A stretch of DNA of 64,000 nt from Sedimentisphaerales bacterium (lineage in GTDB: Bacteria > Planctomycetota > Phycisphaerae > Sedimentisphaerales > SM23-30). Of the stretch, positions 29,927 to 40,430 are shown piece by piece (the stretch's first letter is position 1; every line of letters starts with the position of its first letter). Under the pieces are notes generated by a model. The model searched no databases. It was not told the origin of the DNA and saw only the letters and a program-made list of their open reading frames with translations. Made by a program: the position numbers and the translations under genes. Location of the stretch: contig CAXXFK010000022.1 of the NCBI GenBank assembly GCA_963663965.2, positions 1-64,000 of the forward strand. The letters are read 5' to 3'.

Positions 29927-31330
29927 TCAATGGTCTGTCACGGCCTTCTTCTTTTTGCGAATTTTTTTGATCGTGTCGATGCTGATGTTGTGGTTTTTGA
30001 AATTAATAATCTCATCAGCCGTAAATCGTTCGTAATCGGGATCGGTCAGTGCCAGAATAAATTCAACAGAGACCCCATATCGATCGAGTTTTTTGAGGTC
30101 ATTCAATGAGAAGTTGTAGCCGGCCTGACGGAGGGGGACTACGTAGTCGGGTTTGATGCCATAACGGTCCAGTTCGATTAAGTCGTCGAGGGAATAATCG
30201 CAGCCGGCTTCTTTAAACTGCCGGGCGTTATCGGGTTTGATACCATAACGATCGGCCTTGATCATCGTGTCGATATCGAAGTCGTAGCCGGCGTGACGGA
30301 AGGCGATGAAACCTTCCGGCTTGAGGCCGTAGCGGTCAACTTCGATCAGTTCATCCAGATTGAAATCGTAACCGGCGCTTTTGAATTTCAGGGCGTCGCC
30401 GGGGGAAATGCCGTAACGATCGGCCTTAATCATGGTATCGATGTCGAAATCATAACCGGCGTCCCGAAAGGCGACAAATTCACTGGCTTTTAAGCCATAC
30501 CGATTCACATTGATCAGTTCATCGACATTAAACGCATAGCCGGCGGTTTTGTAAGAACCGGCGAATGCCGGGCTGATGCCATAACGGTTCAGTTTGATGA
30601 TATCATTAACAGGCAGGCGATAATCATGGTTATTCAGATCAGTGATGTATTGTGGTGAGATGCCATACCGGGCCAGATGGAGAATATTATTCAGGTTGAA
30701 ACGTTCATCCTCCAGGGCATTTTTGATGTCGCGGGCATAGTCCAGCGACAAGTCTCGCGACCAGATCTCGATAGCCTCCTGAGCCGTTGGTGTTTTATCC
30801 AGCAGTGCGGCCAGCGATTTCAGGAATCCGGTATCGGGATGGAACGTAAATGAGCCGGATATATCCTCTTGTGAGTTCCCGTGCAAGGTGAGGGCGCCGG
30901 AGGCTCTCTGGATAACCATTTCCAAGGGATATCCAGACTGATCCAGTTGTCTTTGGGGCAGTTCGGCATTATTTATCCAGAGGTGATAGGTTGTTTTCTG
31001 GTCCGGCTGGATGGACTGGATTTCCATGACCAGATTGATTCCCTGGGAGATATAATGAGATTGATAGAAGGCCTTCCAGGAACCCTGGTACGAATCGGCG
31101 GCGGGGGCCAGCCAGTCGAAGGGATCGAATTGCAGGGTAATTTCCTGTCTTTGCTGGTTGCGATGGCCGGCATTCCAGGGAGTGAACCATTTGACGCGGA
31201 CGTCATCGCTGCAACCAATGATCAGGCCGGCCGTTATAATCCCGATACCCAATATAACCGTTATAATCGAATGATGGCGTACCCAATTGATCCATGAACC
31301 TTTATTTTTCATATCCTGGCTCCCAATCAT
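29927..31330 (-). CDS. Putative lipoprotein with ~9 tandem 28-aa helical repeats
   Basis: LIIG-C lipobox-like; repeat AGYxFxxDxxIxxxRYG(I/L)xP. Confidence 0.75.
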   Translation of the reverse strand: MIGSQDMKNKGSWINWVRHHSIITVILGIGIITAGLIIGCSDDVRVKWFTPWNAGHRNQQRQEITLQFDPFDWLAPAADSYQGSWKAFYQSHYISQGINLVMEIQSIQPDQKTTYHLWINNAELPQRQLDQSGYPLEMVIQRASGALTLHGNSQEDISGSFTFHPDTGFLKSLAALLDKTPTAQEAIEIWSRDLSLDYARDIKNALEDERFNLNNILHLARYGISPQYITDLNNHDYRLPVNDIIKLNRYGISPAFAGSYKTAGYAFNVDELINVNRYGLKASEFVAFRDAGYDFDIDTMIKADRYGISPGDALKFKSAGYDFNLDELIEVDRYGLKPEGFIAFRHAGYDFDIDTMIKADRYGIKPDNARQFKEAGCDYSLDDLIELDRYGIKPDYVVPLRQAGYNFSLNDLKKLDRYGVSVEFILALTDPDYERFTADEIINFKNHNISIDTIKKIRKKKKAVTDH

Positions 31331-31552
31331 AAGTTTTATTATTCTTTCATCTGACTATAGTGACTATTTTGTTGGTGTTCAATTAAAAACTGCCGCGAGC
31401 TATTCAGACTGCCGCAAAGAGAAAGAGAGAGGGTTGACGATTAACTGCTTTTCTGGTAAAATGATAAGGAAAGTGTGGAGAAAAACATGCCTGTTTATTT
31501 CAAGATGAAATTTAATCCGAAATATCCCCTGTATTCATTCAAAGGTTATTGC

Positions 31553-34500
31553 ATGGTCAAACTGCCGGTGTATTTGATCGTTTTGTTTACCAGTTTAGGA
31601 TTGATCGTTCATGAAGGTTACGGTCGAGTAACCGGAGAGACTTTTGAGATGTGGGGTCGTCAATCCCTGGCTCGCATTGAGTCGGATTTTGGCATCTCGA
31701 ATAATCTGTATTCCGAATCCATTGGCAGCGGACCGGCGTTTTTGTGGCCGGCCGGTATTCAGTTGCGGGGGCTGGTAGCCGCTTCCAAGGTTGACAGTTC
31801 CTATTTGAGTCAAGCACAAAATAACGCTAACTCGATCTATTCGCGTTATCGCTGTTATCAAAACGGGCGATGGGGATATAACGCCTCGATTGACAGTTGC
31901 GGCGACCGCTATTACGATGACAACGCCTGGATCGCGCTGGGATTTATGGAATTGTATTCAGTGAATCAGAACGAGACCTATCTGAATCGGGCGCGTGAGA
32001 TCATATCCTTTTGTATGAGCGGTGAAAACGGACCGGGGGATAATCCTACCGGTGGGATTCGCTGGCATGAATCGTGGACGGAAGGTTGGAGCCTGTGCGC
32101 GACTGCGCCGACAGCGTTGTCCAATTTGCTGATCTATCAGGTCACCGGCATTCAGCAGTATCTTACTGACGGGCAACGGCTTTATCTGTGGATCAAGTCG
32201 CAGGGATTTAAGGTGGGGATCGGGCATCGCGGTTATGAAAACGCGATTACCGCACTGGCCGCGATTGCTTTATATGAGATCACTGGAAATACGGTTTATC
32301 GTGAGGACGCTCAATGGCTGGGACACGCCATGGAGAGTCTTTATGTCAACTGGTCGAATCATTCGCTGCATGAAACGGCCCAGTGGGGCGGGCATGATAT
32401 GACCGACGCTTATGTCGATCTGTACGAGATGGATGGCGATCCGCGCTGGCTGGATATCGCGGCGGGATATCTGATTTATCTGCATGATTATTGCAAAGAC
32501 AGTAACGGGCGTTACGCGGAGAACTGGGATGATACCTCGGGCGGCGATAATTACAGGAAACTGCTCTATCAGGCGCCGGTTGCCTGCGCTTATTTCGAGA
32601 TGGCCCGTACGCCGAGCGGCAGGACGCCGGATTATCCGGTTACGTTTTACCGGGACTGTAATTATACTGTCTGGCCCGCCTGGTGGTCGGGGCTGGAAGC
32701 GGGCTACTATACGACCAGTGATCTGAATTTTTTCAGTATTCCCAATAAGGATATATCGGCGCTGAAAGTCGCGCCGGGATTTGTGGTTAAGCTTTACAGT
32801 TCGGATAATTTTGGCGGATCGCTGCTGACGCGCACCAGCGATGACAGTTGCCTGGTCAATGAAGGCTGGAATGACCGGGTGAGTTCAGTGATCATTCTGC
32901 AATATGGCGCAGCCCATCCGGAACCCGGCAACGGTGAAACCCAGGTCGAACCGGATCCGGTTTTGTCCTGGCAGGCGCCTGTCGATATTGCCAATCCGAG
33001 GTATTCGGTTTACCTGGGAACATCCAAGAATCAGCTGGCGCTGGTGGCTGCGAATCTGACGGAACCGAGTTTGGATACCAGCGGATTGAACCTGGCCGAT
33101 GGGACCACCTATTACTGGTATGTTTATACGGCTTCGGGCTACGCCAGCGCAGTCTGGTCTTTTACCACCCATCTGGCGCCGGAACTGGCGTTAGGCTGGG
33201 ATTTTGATAATCTGATCGATTACCCGCAAGACTATGAAGCGTCGATCCGGAACGTTCAGGTTGCCGCGTCAAGTTATGAGGTATCCGGTCGCAGTCCGGA
33301 GCGCGCGGTCAATGGTATCGGGTTGTATGTGGATCCTTATCAGCCTGATGTCAATGGCGCAGGTCTCAAGCATACCAATGATGCCGATCATATGTGGATC
33401 TGTGATCCGGATCAGACCGGGCCGGTCTGGATCCAGTTTGAATTCGATAAGAGTTATCCACTGGGCACCATGCTGGTGTGGAATCACAACGTTGGCTCGC
33501 CTTATACCAGTGAGTTGAATCGCGGTATGCGGGATGTTACGGTACGATTTTCGTTAAACGGCAGTACCTGGAGAACCCTGGGCAATTATACGATTCCCAA
33601 GGGAACGGGACTGGCGGATATGACGCCCAGTATCGCGATCCCGTTTGGGGGGTACTGGGCCCGTTATGTCAGGATCGAAGCGGCGGATGCCCAGACAAAT
33701 CCCACGAGTAACTGGGGCGCTGCGCGGAATTTCCATGCCCTTTCCGAGGTGCGTTTCGGGATTTACGAAACGACGGATGTGGTTCATGTGGTACCGGATA
33801 TTTCTGGGAACGGGAATGTGGGGATTGCCTATGGCACGCCGGAATTTGTGGCCGGGATCAATGGCGGACACTGTGTTAAAATCGAATCGGAGACTTATGA
33901 TGGATTTGGCGATGCCATTAATGCCCGGATAGACAATCCGGACAGCTTGCCACTGGGCAGTGATGATACCTGGACGATGAATTTTTATCTATATCTGTCT
34001 GCCAATCCATCTTCGCCGACCCTGTTTACCGGATTTGGCGGTTCGGATACGGGAACGGGCCGATATGTCGGCCGCTTCAATGGTATTCATTTCTGGGGCG
34101 GGCACAATATTGATGTAGCCTCAACTCATCAGTATCGATATGGTGACGGTGACTGGCAAATGGTGACCGCCAGTTTTGATGGTATGGGTTTGAAACTCTA
34201 TCATGATGGAGTTCTGGTTGCGCAGGGCCCGGCGAACCTGTTAAGCGCAAGTGAGTTTGTGACGATTGGCGGATTGAATCCGTGGAACCATCGGATGAAC
34301 GGCATGGTAGATGATTTCTCGATCTATAACCGCGTATTAACTGACAACGAGATTGCCGCCCTGGCGGAAGCATTACCTTCGAGAAGCGATCTGGACTGGA
34401 GCGGAGCGGTTGATACGGGTGATCTGGCCAGTCTGATTGAGACGTGGCTGATAGAAAATGATTGTGACCAGCCAACTGATCTGAACGGGGATTGTGATAT

Positions 34501-34558
34501 CGATCTGAGCGATTATGGTGTGATGGCCAGCGAATGGCTGAAACAAACCACAAAATGA
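31553..34558 (+). CDS. Secreted GH76 glycoside hydrolase with beta/gamma-crystallin, discoidin (F5/8C-like), LamG and dockerin-like domains
   Basis: RYYDDNAWIAL GH76 motif; crystallin DISALKVAPG...WNDRVSS; WIQFEFDKSYPL; LamG GMVDDFSIYNR; DLNGDCDIDLSD tail. Confidence 0.82.
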   Translation: MVKLPVYLIVLFTSLGLIVHEGYGRVTGETFEMWGRQSLARIESDFGISNNLYSESIGSGPAFLWPAGIQLRGLVAASKVDSSYLSQAQNNANSIYSRYRCYQNGRWGYNASIDSCGDRYYDDNAWIALGFMELYSVNQNETYLNRAREIISFCMSGENGPGDNPTGGIRWHESWTEGWSLCATAPTALSNLLIYQVTGIQQYLTDGQRLYLWIKSQGFKVGIGHRGYENAITALAAIALYEITGNTVYREDAQWLGHAMESLYVNWSNHSLHETAQWGGHDMTDAYVDLYEMDGDPRWLDIAAGYLIYLHDYCKDSNGRYAENWDDTSGGDNYRKLLYQAPVACAYFEMARTPSGRTPDYPVTFYRDCNYTVWPAWWSGLEAGYYTTSDLNFFSIPNKDISALKVAPGFVVKLYSSDNFGGSLLTRTSDDSCLVNEGWNDRVSSVIILQYGAAHPEPGNGETQVEPDPVLSWQAPVDIANPRYSVYLGTSKNQLALVAANLTEPSLDTSGLNLADGTTYYWYVYTASGYASAVWSFTTHLAPELALGWDFDNLIDYPQDYEASIRNVQVAASSYEVSGRSPERAVNGIGLYVDPYQPDVNGAGLKHTNDADHMWICDPDQTGPVWIQFEFDKSYPLGTMLVWNHNVGSPYTSELNRGMRDVTVRFSLNGSTWRTLGNYTIPKGTGLADMTPSIAIPFGGYWARYVRIEAADAQTNPTSNWGAARNFHALSEVRFGIYETTDVVHVVPDISGNGNVGIAYGTPEFVAGINGGHCVKIESETYDGFGDAINARIDNPDSLPLGSDDTWTMNFYLYLSANPSSPTLFTGFGGSDTGTGRYVGRFNGIHFWGGHNIDVASTHQYRYGDGDWQMVTASFDGMGLKLYHDGVLVAQGPANLLSASEFVTIGGLNPWNHRMNGMVDDFSIYNRVLTDNEIAALAEALPSRSDLDWSGAVDTGDLASLIETWLIENDCDQPTDLNGDCDIDLSDYGVMASEWLKQTTK

Positions 34559-34735
34559 TGACTAACTGGATTTTGTTGACCTTAAATGCGTGAGAGATTT
34601 GAAAAATTATCCTTGCTTAGCTTACTTATCCGTATAATTAACTATAGAGAGCTGTCCGAAAGCTCGAAAAAGATAATATGGCCCTGTAAACCCGGGCCAA
34701 TATTTCATGTAAGCACTTAATCCATAGGAGTTTCT

Positions 34736-37700
34736 GTGAAAAGAATTCCCAATGTCAAAGACGTTTTGCGGGTGATTTTTACGGCGATCATATTGAGTGG
34801 AATTTCTGGTAATCTCCCGGCTCAGAAATCGGAACTCAAGATCCCGGAAATAACGCTGGAAAAACTGGATGGTGAAGCCATCAAGTTGGGCGGGCCAGAA
34901 GGTCGAAGCCGGTTACTGGTCTTTGTTAAAAGTTATTGTGACCAATGCATGCAGTTGTTGCCCCGGATTAAGGAGATTGGGGATTATTTTCCGGCTAATG
35001 ATCTGGAAATAGTCATTGTGGCCGCGGGTGAGACCAGGGAACGGGCGGCGGTCCTGGGGGAATTGGTTCCTAGAGAATGGATTTATGCCGATCCATCGGG
35101 TATTGCTTCAACACGTTATCGGGTCAGGCGGGTGCCCCAGGCTTATTTTATCAGTCAAATGGGACGGTTCCGGCCGGTGCAGGCGCTGGATGTGGAAACG
35201 ATCTGGGGGATGCTGGCGGGCGATGAACCGGCCGGAGCGAAAGTCGATCCGGCGTTTTTAAAGAATTTTGCCGCTGAAAAGGACTATCAAAACCGGATGC
35301 GGCGTTTGATAATCGATCTGGATGACTCAGTTGGGAGTTTGAATAAACGGCAAAGCCAATCGGAGCGGGTGCGGATCCGTCGGGATCAATTGCAAAAATT
35401 CGCGAACCGGGCGGACGCGCATATTATCCATAATTATGGCCGGATAAAAAACCGTATTGTGGTTGAGATTGATGAAAACCGGCTGGACCAATTGAAGCAG
35501 ATGCCAGGATTCCGGACCATGAAGGAGGATATTCCGGTTCATGCCCTGCTGGAAGATACCGTTTACCAAATTCATGCCAATTATGCCTGGAGTAACGCGA
35601 TCACGGGTGAAGGAATACTGGTGGCGGTGGTAGATACCGGAATCGATTATAATCATCCGGATTTACGGAACAAGGTAGTGATGCAATATGATGCGACTAC
35701 CGGCGGGGATGACGCGATGGATGATAACGGGCATGGCACCCATGTGGCGGGTATTATCGCCTCGCAGGGGATACCCTATCGGGGCGTGAGTTACGATGTG
35801 GCTTTAATGGGAGTGAAGGTGCTGGATTATGGCGGAGCGGGTTATGCCTCGGATGTGATCCTGGGTATCGAATGGGCCGTGGCGAACGGGGCGGATGTGA
35901 TCAATTTGAGCCTGGGAGAGGGATTGTATGCCAATACCTGTGACGCGACCGAGATGGCCCAGGTGGTCAACGCGGCGGTGGACGCGGGAGTAGTGGTGAT
36001 CTGCGCGTCGGGCAATGATGGGAATCCGAGTCAGATTGTATCGCCGGCGTGCGCTTCGAAGGCGATTGCCGTAGGATCGGTGGATAAGATGGATGGAGTC
36101 GCTTCCTATTCCGATGGCGGATTGGAACTGGATCTGGTGGCGCCGGGTGGAGACGCGTTTGGCGGGAGTAATTTTCCGGAGATTGTTGCACCGTTCAGTA
36201 CAATGGTGGCAGAGGATCCGTACCTGTGTCTGTACCTGGTTCAGGATCAGTGTTATGATGACTATTTTACCGTGGACAATAATCGATATATTCGGGCAGT
36301 AGGAACTTCAATGGCGGCTCCGCATGTCGCGGGCGCGGCGGCATTGCTGCTGGAGGCGAATCCGGATTTAACGCCGGCGCAGGTGAAGGAGGCGTTGGAA
36401 TCGAGCGCGGATGACCTGGGACAGGCGGGTTGGGATCCAATCTATGGCTGGGGCCGGATCAATCTGGAAAAGGCGCTGGATAATCTGCCGGCGGGACAGG
36501 CAGAACTGACAGTGCGATTGACAGAGCCGAATTCAGCGACTCCGGTGACGGTCAATGATCTGTTCCAGATGAAGGCGGAGATTGAGTGCCGGGGCGGGGA
36601 TGGCTGCGGCGATGTGATCGCGGTGGCAGAATATGAGAATCCGACTACGGGGGTATTTGAAACAATCGGGCCATTGACAACATTATCAACAGGCGATGCC
36701 AATCCGGTGAACCTGGGTTCGTTGAGCGGGATAACCAGCGATGTGGTTGCGCCGCTATTGTTCGATGCGCAAACTGCTTATGATCCCTCAGAAAGTCTGT
36801 ATCTCAAGACGCTCAATCCTGATGTCGCCCAGATGGGTTCCTTGCAACTGCCGCAGTATAAGACAGGTGATCTGGAACCGGATGACGCACTGGGCGCTAT
36901 CGGAGAGGATGTAGAGAAATTGTACGCATTCGATCTGCCGGATGGGGTCATCAGCAAATTCAGTGTCAGGATGGAACATTATATGGTGATCCAGTTCGAT
37001 GGCGCGTACAACGGCTGGTACGTTTATACTTCAGATATGAACGGCACTGAGCAGTATCTGCTGGGGGATTGTATCGTGCCGGAAGGCGGCGGCGGTCTGG
37101 AGCAGCCACCGGATTGCTGGTGGGTGAGCGAGGATCCGGCGGTATTGGCGAGTCTGAACGCCGGCGGAATGAATTATATACTCATCCGTTCGCATGATGT
37201 GGGCAGTGATGACTGGCTGACGTTTAATGACATTGAGGTGATTGTGGATTATGAACCGGATCCGACCAGGGATGAGATTAAACGGTATGTTGCCGTGTTC
37301 GATCTGAGCGGGGTGGATCCGAATTATGCCATTTCAGCGGCCCGCTTAGATTTGAATATCGAGACGGGAAGCGGTGGCGCGGTTGGCGAGGTGTATCTGG
37401 TGAACAATGGCCTGGAATTATCGGATAGCGCGGAGGCGCTGCATGATCCGGGGAGCGCTTACTATTCGAGTCTGAATAATCCGATCAAGACCTTTACCGC
37501 GGGTACCAGCGGGCCGTTTAAATTGAATTTAAAGACGGCTATAGAGGAAGCCCTGACCACGGGCCAGATGCGTGTGGCATTTCAATGGCGGGAAGAGGGG
37601 GATAATGCCCTGTTTAACCTGTACGGTTCCAACAGTGAATTCGCGCCGCGGCTGGTGATATCTCAACTGGTCCCGCAGGAACAGGCGACCAGTCTGGCAG

Positions 37701-40204
37701 TTATCGGATTGCAGGAAGTATCCCCGGCAAGCGGCGGACAAACACAACCCCCGATTTACGATACGGCGGTAACCCGCCGGGTGACCACCGATCAATATTC
37801 CAAGCAGGACTACCCATCCAGTGTGGCGGTGGGGGCCCCCTTTATCATGGAATATAATACCGGCGACCTGGAACCGGAAAACGCGATGGGCGCGATTGGC
37901 GAAGATGTCGAAAAGGTATACGATTTTGAACTTCCGGCGGGGACTTTGAGCGAGATCCGGGTACGCATGAAGCATTACCTGGTATTGCATACCAGCAGTA
38001 TCGAGTCGGGCTGGTATGTCTATGTCAGCGATACCGCCGGCAGTGAACGCTATCTGATTGATGACTGTATTCCAATTGAGGGAGGCGGTGGAGAGGCGCC
38101 GCCGCCGGATTGCTGGTTTATTTTAAACGATCCGGCCGGGTTGGCCCTGTTTAATCCGGGTGAGACCAATTATATCAAGCTGTTATCGCATGATGTCGGA
38201 CCGGATGACTGGTTGACTTTTGACGCGATCGAGTTGATTGCCATTTATGAGGTGGATAGTGAACAGGATGATGTGAACCGGTATTATGTGCAGTTTGATC
38301 TGTCGGGCATCCCGGCGGACGCCCAGATCGATTCGGCGCGTCTGAACCTGTTTGTGACCGATCCGGGTATGGGCGCTGAGGGTGAAGTGCATATCGTGAA
38401 TCATCAATATTCACCGGAAACGGGTGCTTATACGATCTTTAACGCTGAGGATGCCAGTTATACCAGTCTGATGAATCCATATAAGACCTTTGCCGTGGAT
38501 TCGACGGGTCTTTACCCAATCAGTGTCAAGCCGGCATTGGAAGACGCGCTGGAAAACGCGACGGGGACTATCGCGTTTTTAGTGACGGAAAAACAGGAAA
38601 ACGCGTTGTTCCTACTGGATGGTTCGGCGGGTGGGAATCCCCCGTCGCTGGATGTCTATTTGAAGAGCGGCGTGACGGGAGCCAGCGCCCAGTGGGGCGT
38701 TCTGGCGGGCGAAGAAGGGCGGTATCCGATCCGGGTACGAGCGACGGGGACGACCGGCGTGACCGGAGAATCCGATGTGATTACCGTCAATGTTGTGAAT
38801 CCATGGATTCCGTATATCAATAGTATCGAATGCCGTCATAGCGGTCAGTGGCAGGATTGCGCTAACCTAGGATATGGGGATGTGGTGGAAGCGATTCGAG
38901 TGGAAGCGGGCGATTTACAGGAAATCCCGCAGGTGACCGTTTCGTTGAAGAATCTCGATATGGACTGTCCGGTTGAAATGCCGGATTGCGGCGTGAAACT
39001 GCAAGGTGAAGGGATTCATGATAATGGGCAATTTGTTTTAAATGGCCCGGCAACGCTGGATGGTTCGGGTCAGTGGCAGATTACCGCCCGGGCGGAAGAC
39101 AGTAATGGCAATGTCAAAGAAAAGAAACTGCTCTGGACCATTCCCTGGGGTCGTCTGGAAAGTACGCTGGTGGATCCGAACAGTCTGTTCAATATCAGCA
39201 AGGGCACCAGCCGGATACTGCGGACGATAGTCCATTGTCTGGATGGTGATTGTCCGGATATTCAGACCCGGGCCATTCTGAATGACGCGATCACGTTGAG
39301 TTATGATGATGGCAGCGAAGAGGATTATGGCACAATCGGCGCGACGGAAGGGTATCTGGCGGTTAAGTTTACCCCAACGGTTTACCCGGCTTATCTGAAC
39401 GCGGTCAGGATTTACGTTTATGATGAGACGGCGTATCCATTTTATCTGCATGTCTGGGATGATAATGGGGGCGGAGGAGACCCTGGTACCCAGATGATGT
39501 CGCCCCTGTTCGTGCAACCGGTGGTCTCCAGCGCTCTTACGGTGGGCTGGTATGAGGTGGATCTGACGGGTAAGGATCTTGTCATTAACAATGGGAGTTT
39601 TTATGTTGGATTCAGTCATATCAGTAATTCCCAGTTGAACGCGGTTGGATTCGATACCAACGGGCCGCGCTATACCCGGAGTTGGGGATATCTGGATTAC
39701 TTTGGCGGGATCTGGTTTAATTTGAATGATTATTGCAGTTTTTCGCCGGAATATTGCGGAAATCTGATGATCCGGGCGATCCTGGGGAATTCCAATGGGT
39801 ATTCCGGAATTTTGCCGGAGAGCGCCGGAGAAGCGCCATATTATACCCGGGACTCTGCTGTGGGTAGTCGAATCGATTTGAATGCCGGTGATACCGCGGC
39901 CATTGATATCGATTTACACGCGGTTGGATACGGAAGTATCCCGGACCGCCTGACGGTATTGCATAATACTGCTTACAGTCTGGGGAAGAGTGCGGCGGTT
40001 GCCGTGCAGTTGCTTTCGCCTGTCAGTGATTATGATGCGGCCAATCTGGATGCCTATGGCGCGATTAATCTGGATGATATCCAGTATCTGGGGCAGCAGT
40101 GGCTTGGGGAAGGCAGTTCGCTGAACTGCGATATCAATCTGGACCAGAAGGTTGATATTCTCGATCTGACGGAACTGATTGAATGGTGGCTGGCGGCTGA
40201 TTAG
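34736..40204 (+). CDS. Large secreted S8 subtilase with N-terminal thioredoxin-like domain, internal duplication and dockerin-like tail
   Basis: Catalytic triad VDTG / HGTHVAG / GTSMAAPHV; CDQC in TlpA-like N-terminus; DINLDQKVDILDL tail. Confidence 0.88.
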   Translation: MKRIPNVKDVLRVIFTAIILSGISGNLPAQKSELKIPEITLEKLDGEAIKLGGPEGRSRLLVFVKSYCDQCMQLLPRIKEIGDYFPANDLEIVIVAAGETRERAAVLGELVPREWIYADPSGIASTRYRVRRVPQAYFISQMGRFRPVQALDVETIWGMLAGDEPAGAKVDPAFLKNFAAEKDYQNRMRRLIIDLDDSVGSLNKRQSQSERVRIRRDQLQKFANRADAHIIHNYGRIKNRIVVEIDENRLDQLKQMPGFRTMKEDIPVHALLEDTVYQIHANYAWSNAITGEGILVAVVDTGIDYNHPDLRNKVVMQYDATTGGDDAMDDNGHGTHVAGIIASQGIPYRGVSYDVALMGVKVLDYGGAGYASDVILGIEWAVANGADVINLSLGEGLYANTCDATEMAQVVNAAVDAGVVVICASGNDGNPSQIVSPACASKAIAVGSVDKMDGVASYSDGGLELDLVAPGGDAFGGSNFPEIVAPFSTMVAEDPYLCLYLVQDQCYDDYFTVDNNRYIRAVGTSMAAPHVAGAAALLLEANPDLTPAQVKEALESSADDLGQAGWDPIYGWGRINLEKALDNLPAGQAELTVRLTEPNSATPVTVNDLFQMKAEIECRGGDGCGDVIAVAEYENPTTGVFETIGPLTTLSTGDANPVNLGSLSGITSDVVAPLLFDAQTAYDPSESLYLKTLNPDVAQMGSLQLPQYKTGDLEPDDALGAIGEDVEKLYAFDLPDGVISKFSVRMEHYMVIQFDGAYNGWYVYTSDMNGTEQYLLGDCIVPEGGGGLEQPPDCWWVSEDPAVLASLNAGGMNYILIRSHDVGSDDWLTFNDIEVIVDYEPDPTRDEIKRYVAVFDLSGVDPNYAISAARLDLNIETGSGGAVGEVYLVNNGLELSDSAEALHDPGSAYYSSLNNPIKTFTAGTSGPFKLNLKTAIEEALTTGQMRVAFQWREEGDNALFNLYGSNSEFAPRLVISQLVPQEQATSLAVIGLQEVSPASGGQTQPPIYDTAVTRRVTTDQYSKQDYPSSVAVGAPFIMEYNTGDLEPENAMGAIGEDVEKVYDFELPAGTLSEIRVRMKHYLVLHTSSIESGWYVYVSDTAGSERYLIDDCIPIEGGGGEAPPPDCWFILNDPAGLALFNPGETNYIKLLSHDVGPDDWLTFDAIELIAIYEVDSEQDDVNRYYVQFDLSGIPADAQIDSARLNLFVTDPGMGAEGEVHIVNHQYSPETGAYTIFNAEDASYTSLMNPYKTFAVDSTGLYPISVKPALEDALENATGTIAFLVTEKQENALFLLDGSAGGNPPSLDVYLKSGVTGASAQWGVLAGEEGRYPIRVRATGTTGVTGESDVITVNVVNPWIPYINSIECRHSGQWQDCANLGYGDVVEAIRVEAGDLQEIPQVTVSLKNLDMDCPVEMPDCGVKLQGEGIHDNGQFVLNGPATLDGSGQWQITARAEDSNGNVKEKKLLWTIPWGRLESTLVDPNSLFNISKGTSRILRTIVHCLDGDCPDIQTRAILNDAITLSYDDGSEEDYGTIGATEGYLAVKFTPTVYPAYLNAVRIYVYDETAYPFYLHVWDDNGGGGDPGTQMMSPLFVQPVVSSALTVGWYEVDLTGKDLVINNGSFYVGFSHISNSQLNAVGFDTNGPRYTRSWGYLDYFGGIWFNLNDYCSFSPEYCGNLMIRAILGNSNGYSGILPESAGEAPYYTRDSAVGSRIDLNAGDTAAIDIDLHAVGYGSIPDRLTVLHNTAYSLGKSAAVAVQLLSPVSDYDAANLDAYGAINLDDIQYLGQQWLGEGSSLNCDINLDQKVDILDLTELIEWWLAAD

Positions 40205-40229
40205 ATCATAACAATTAAAAATAACTGAC

Positions 40230-40276
40230 AAAACGATAGTTTGCTGTCGATCTGCGATGGGAATTATCGTTTTTTT
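40230..40276 (+). terminator. Probable intrinsic terminator
   Basis: AAAACGATAG...TTATCGTTTTTTT imperfect stem. Confidence 0.5.
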
Positions 40277-40430
40277 AACCTGGTCAATTGATCGGTTTAT
40301 TAAAGAACTCCTTCGACACCCATTATTGGGTCGTCCGGTTTAAAAGGTTGTAATTTGAAATTTAATTGTTATAGTCACATGCACGGTACGACTGCAAGAG
40401 AGTGATAGATAAAAGCTGAACTCATTAGTT

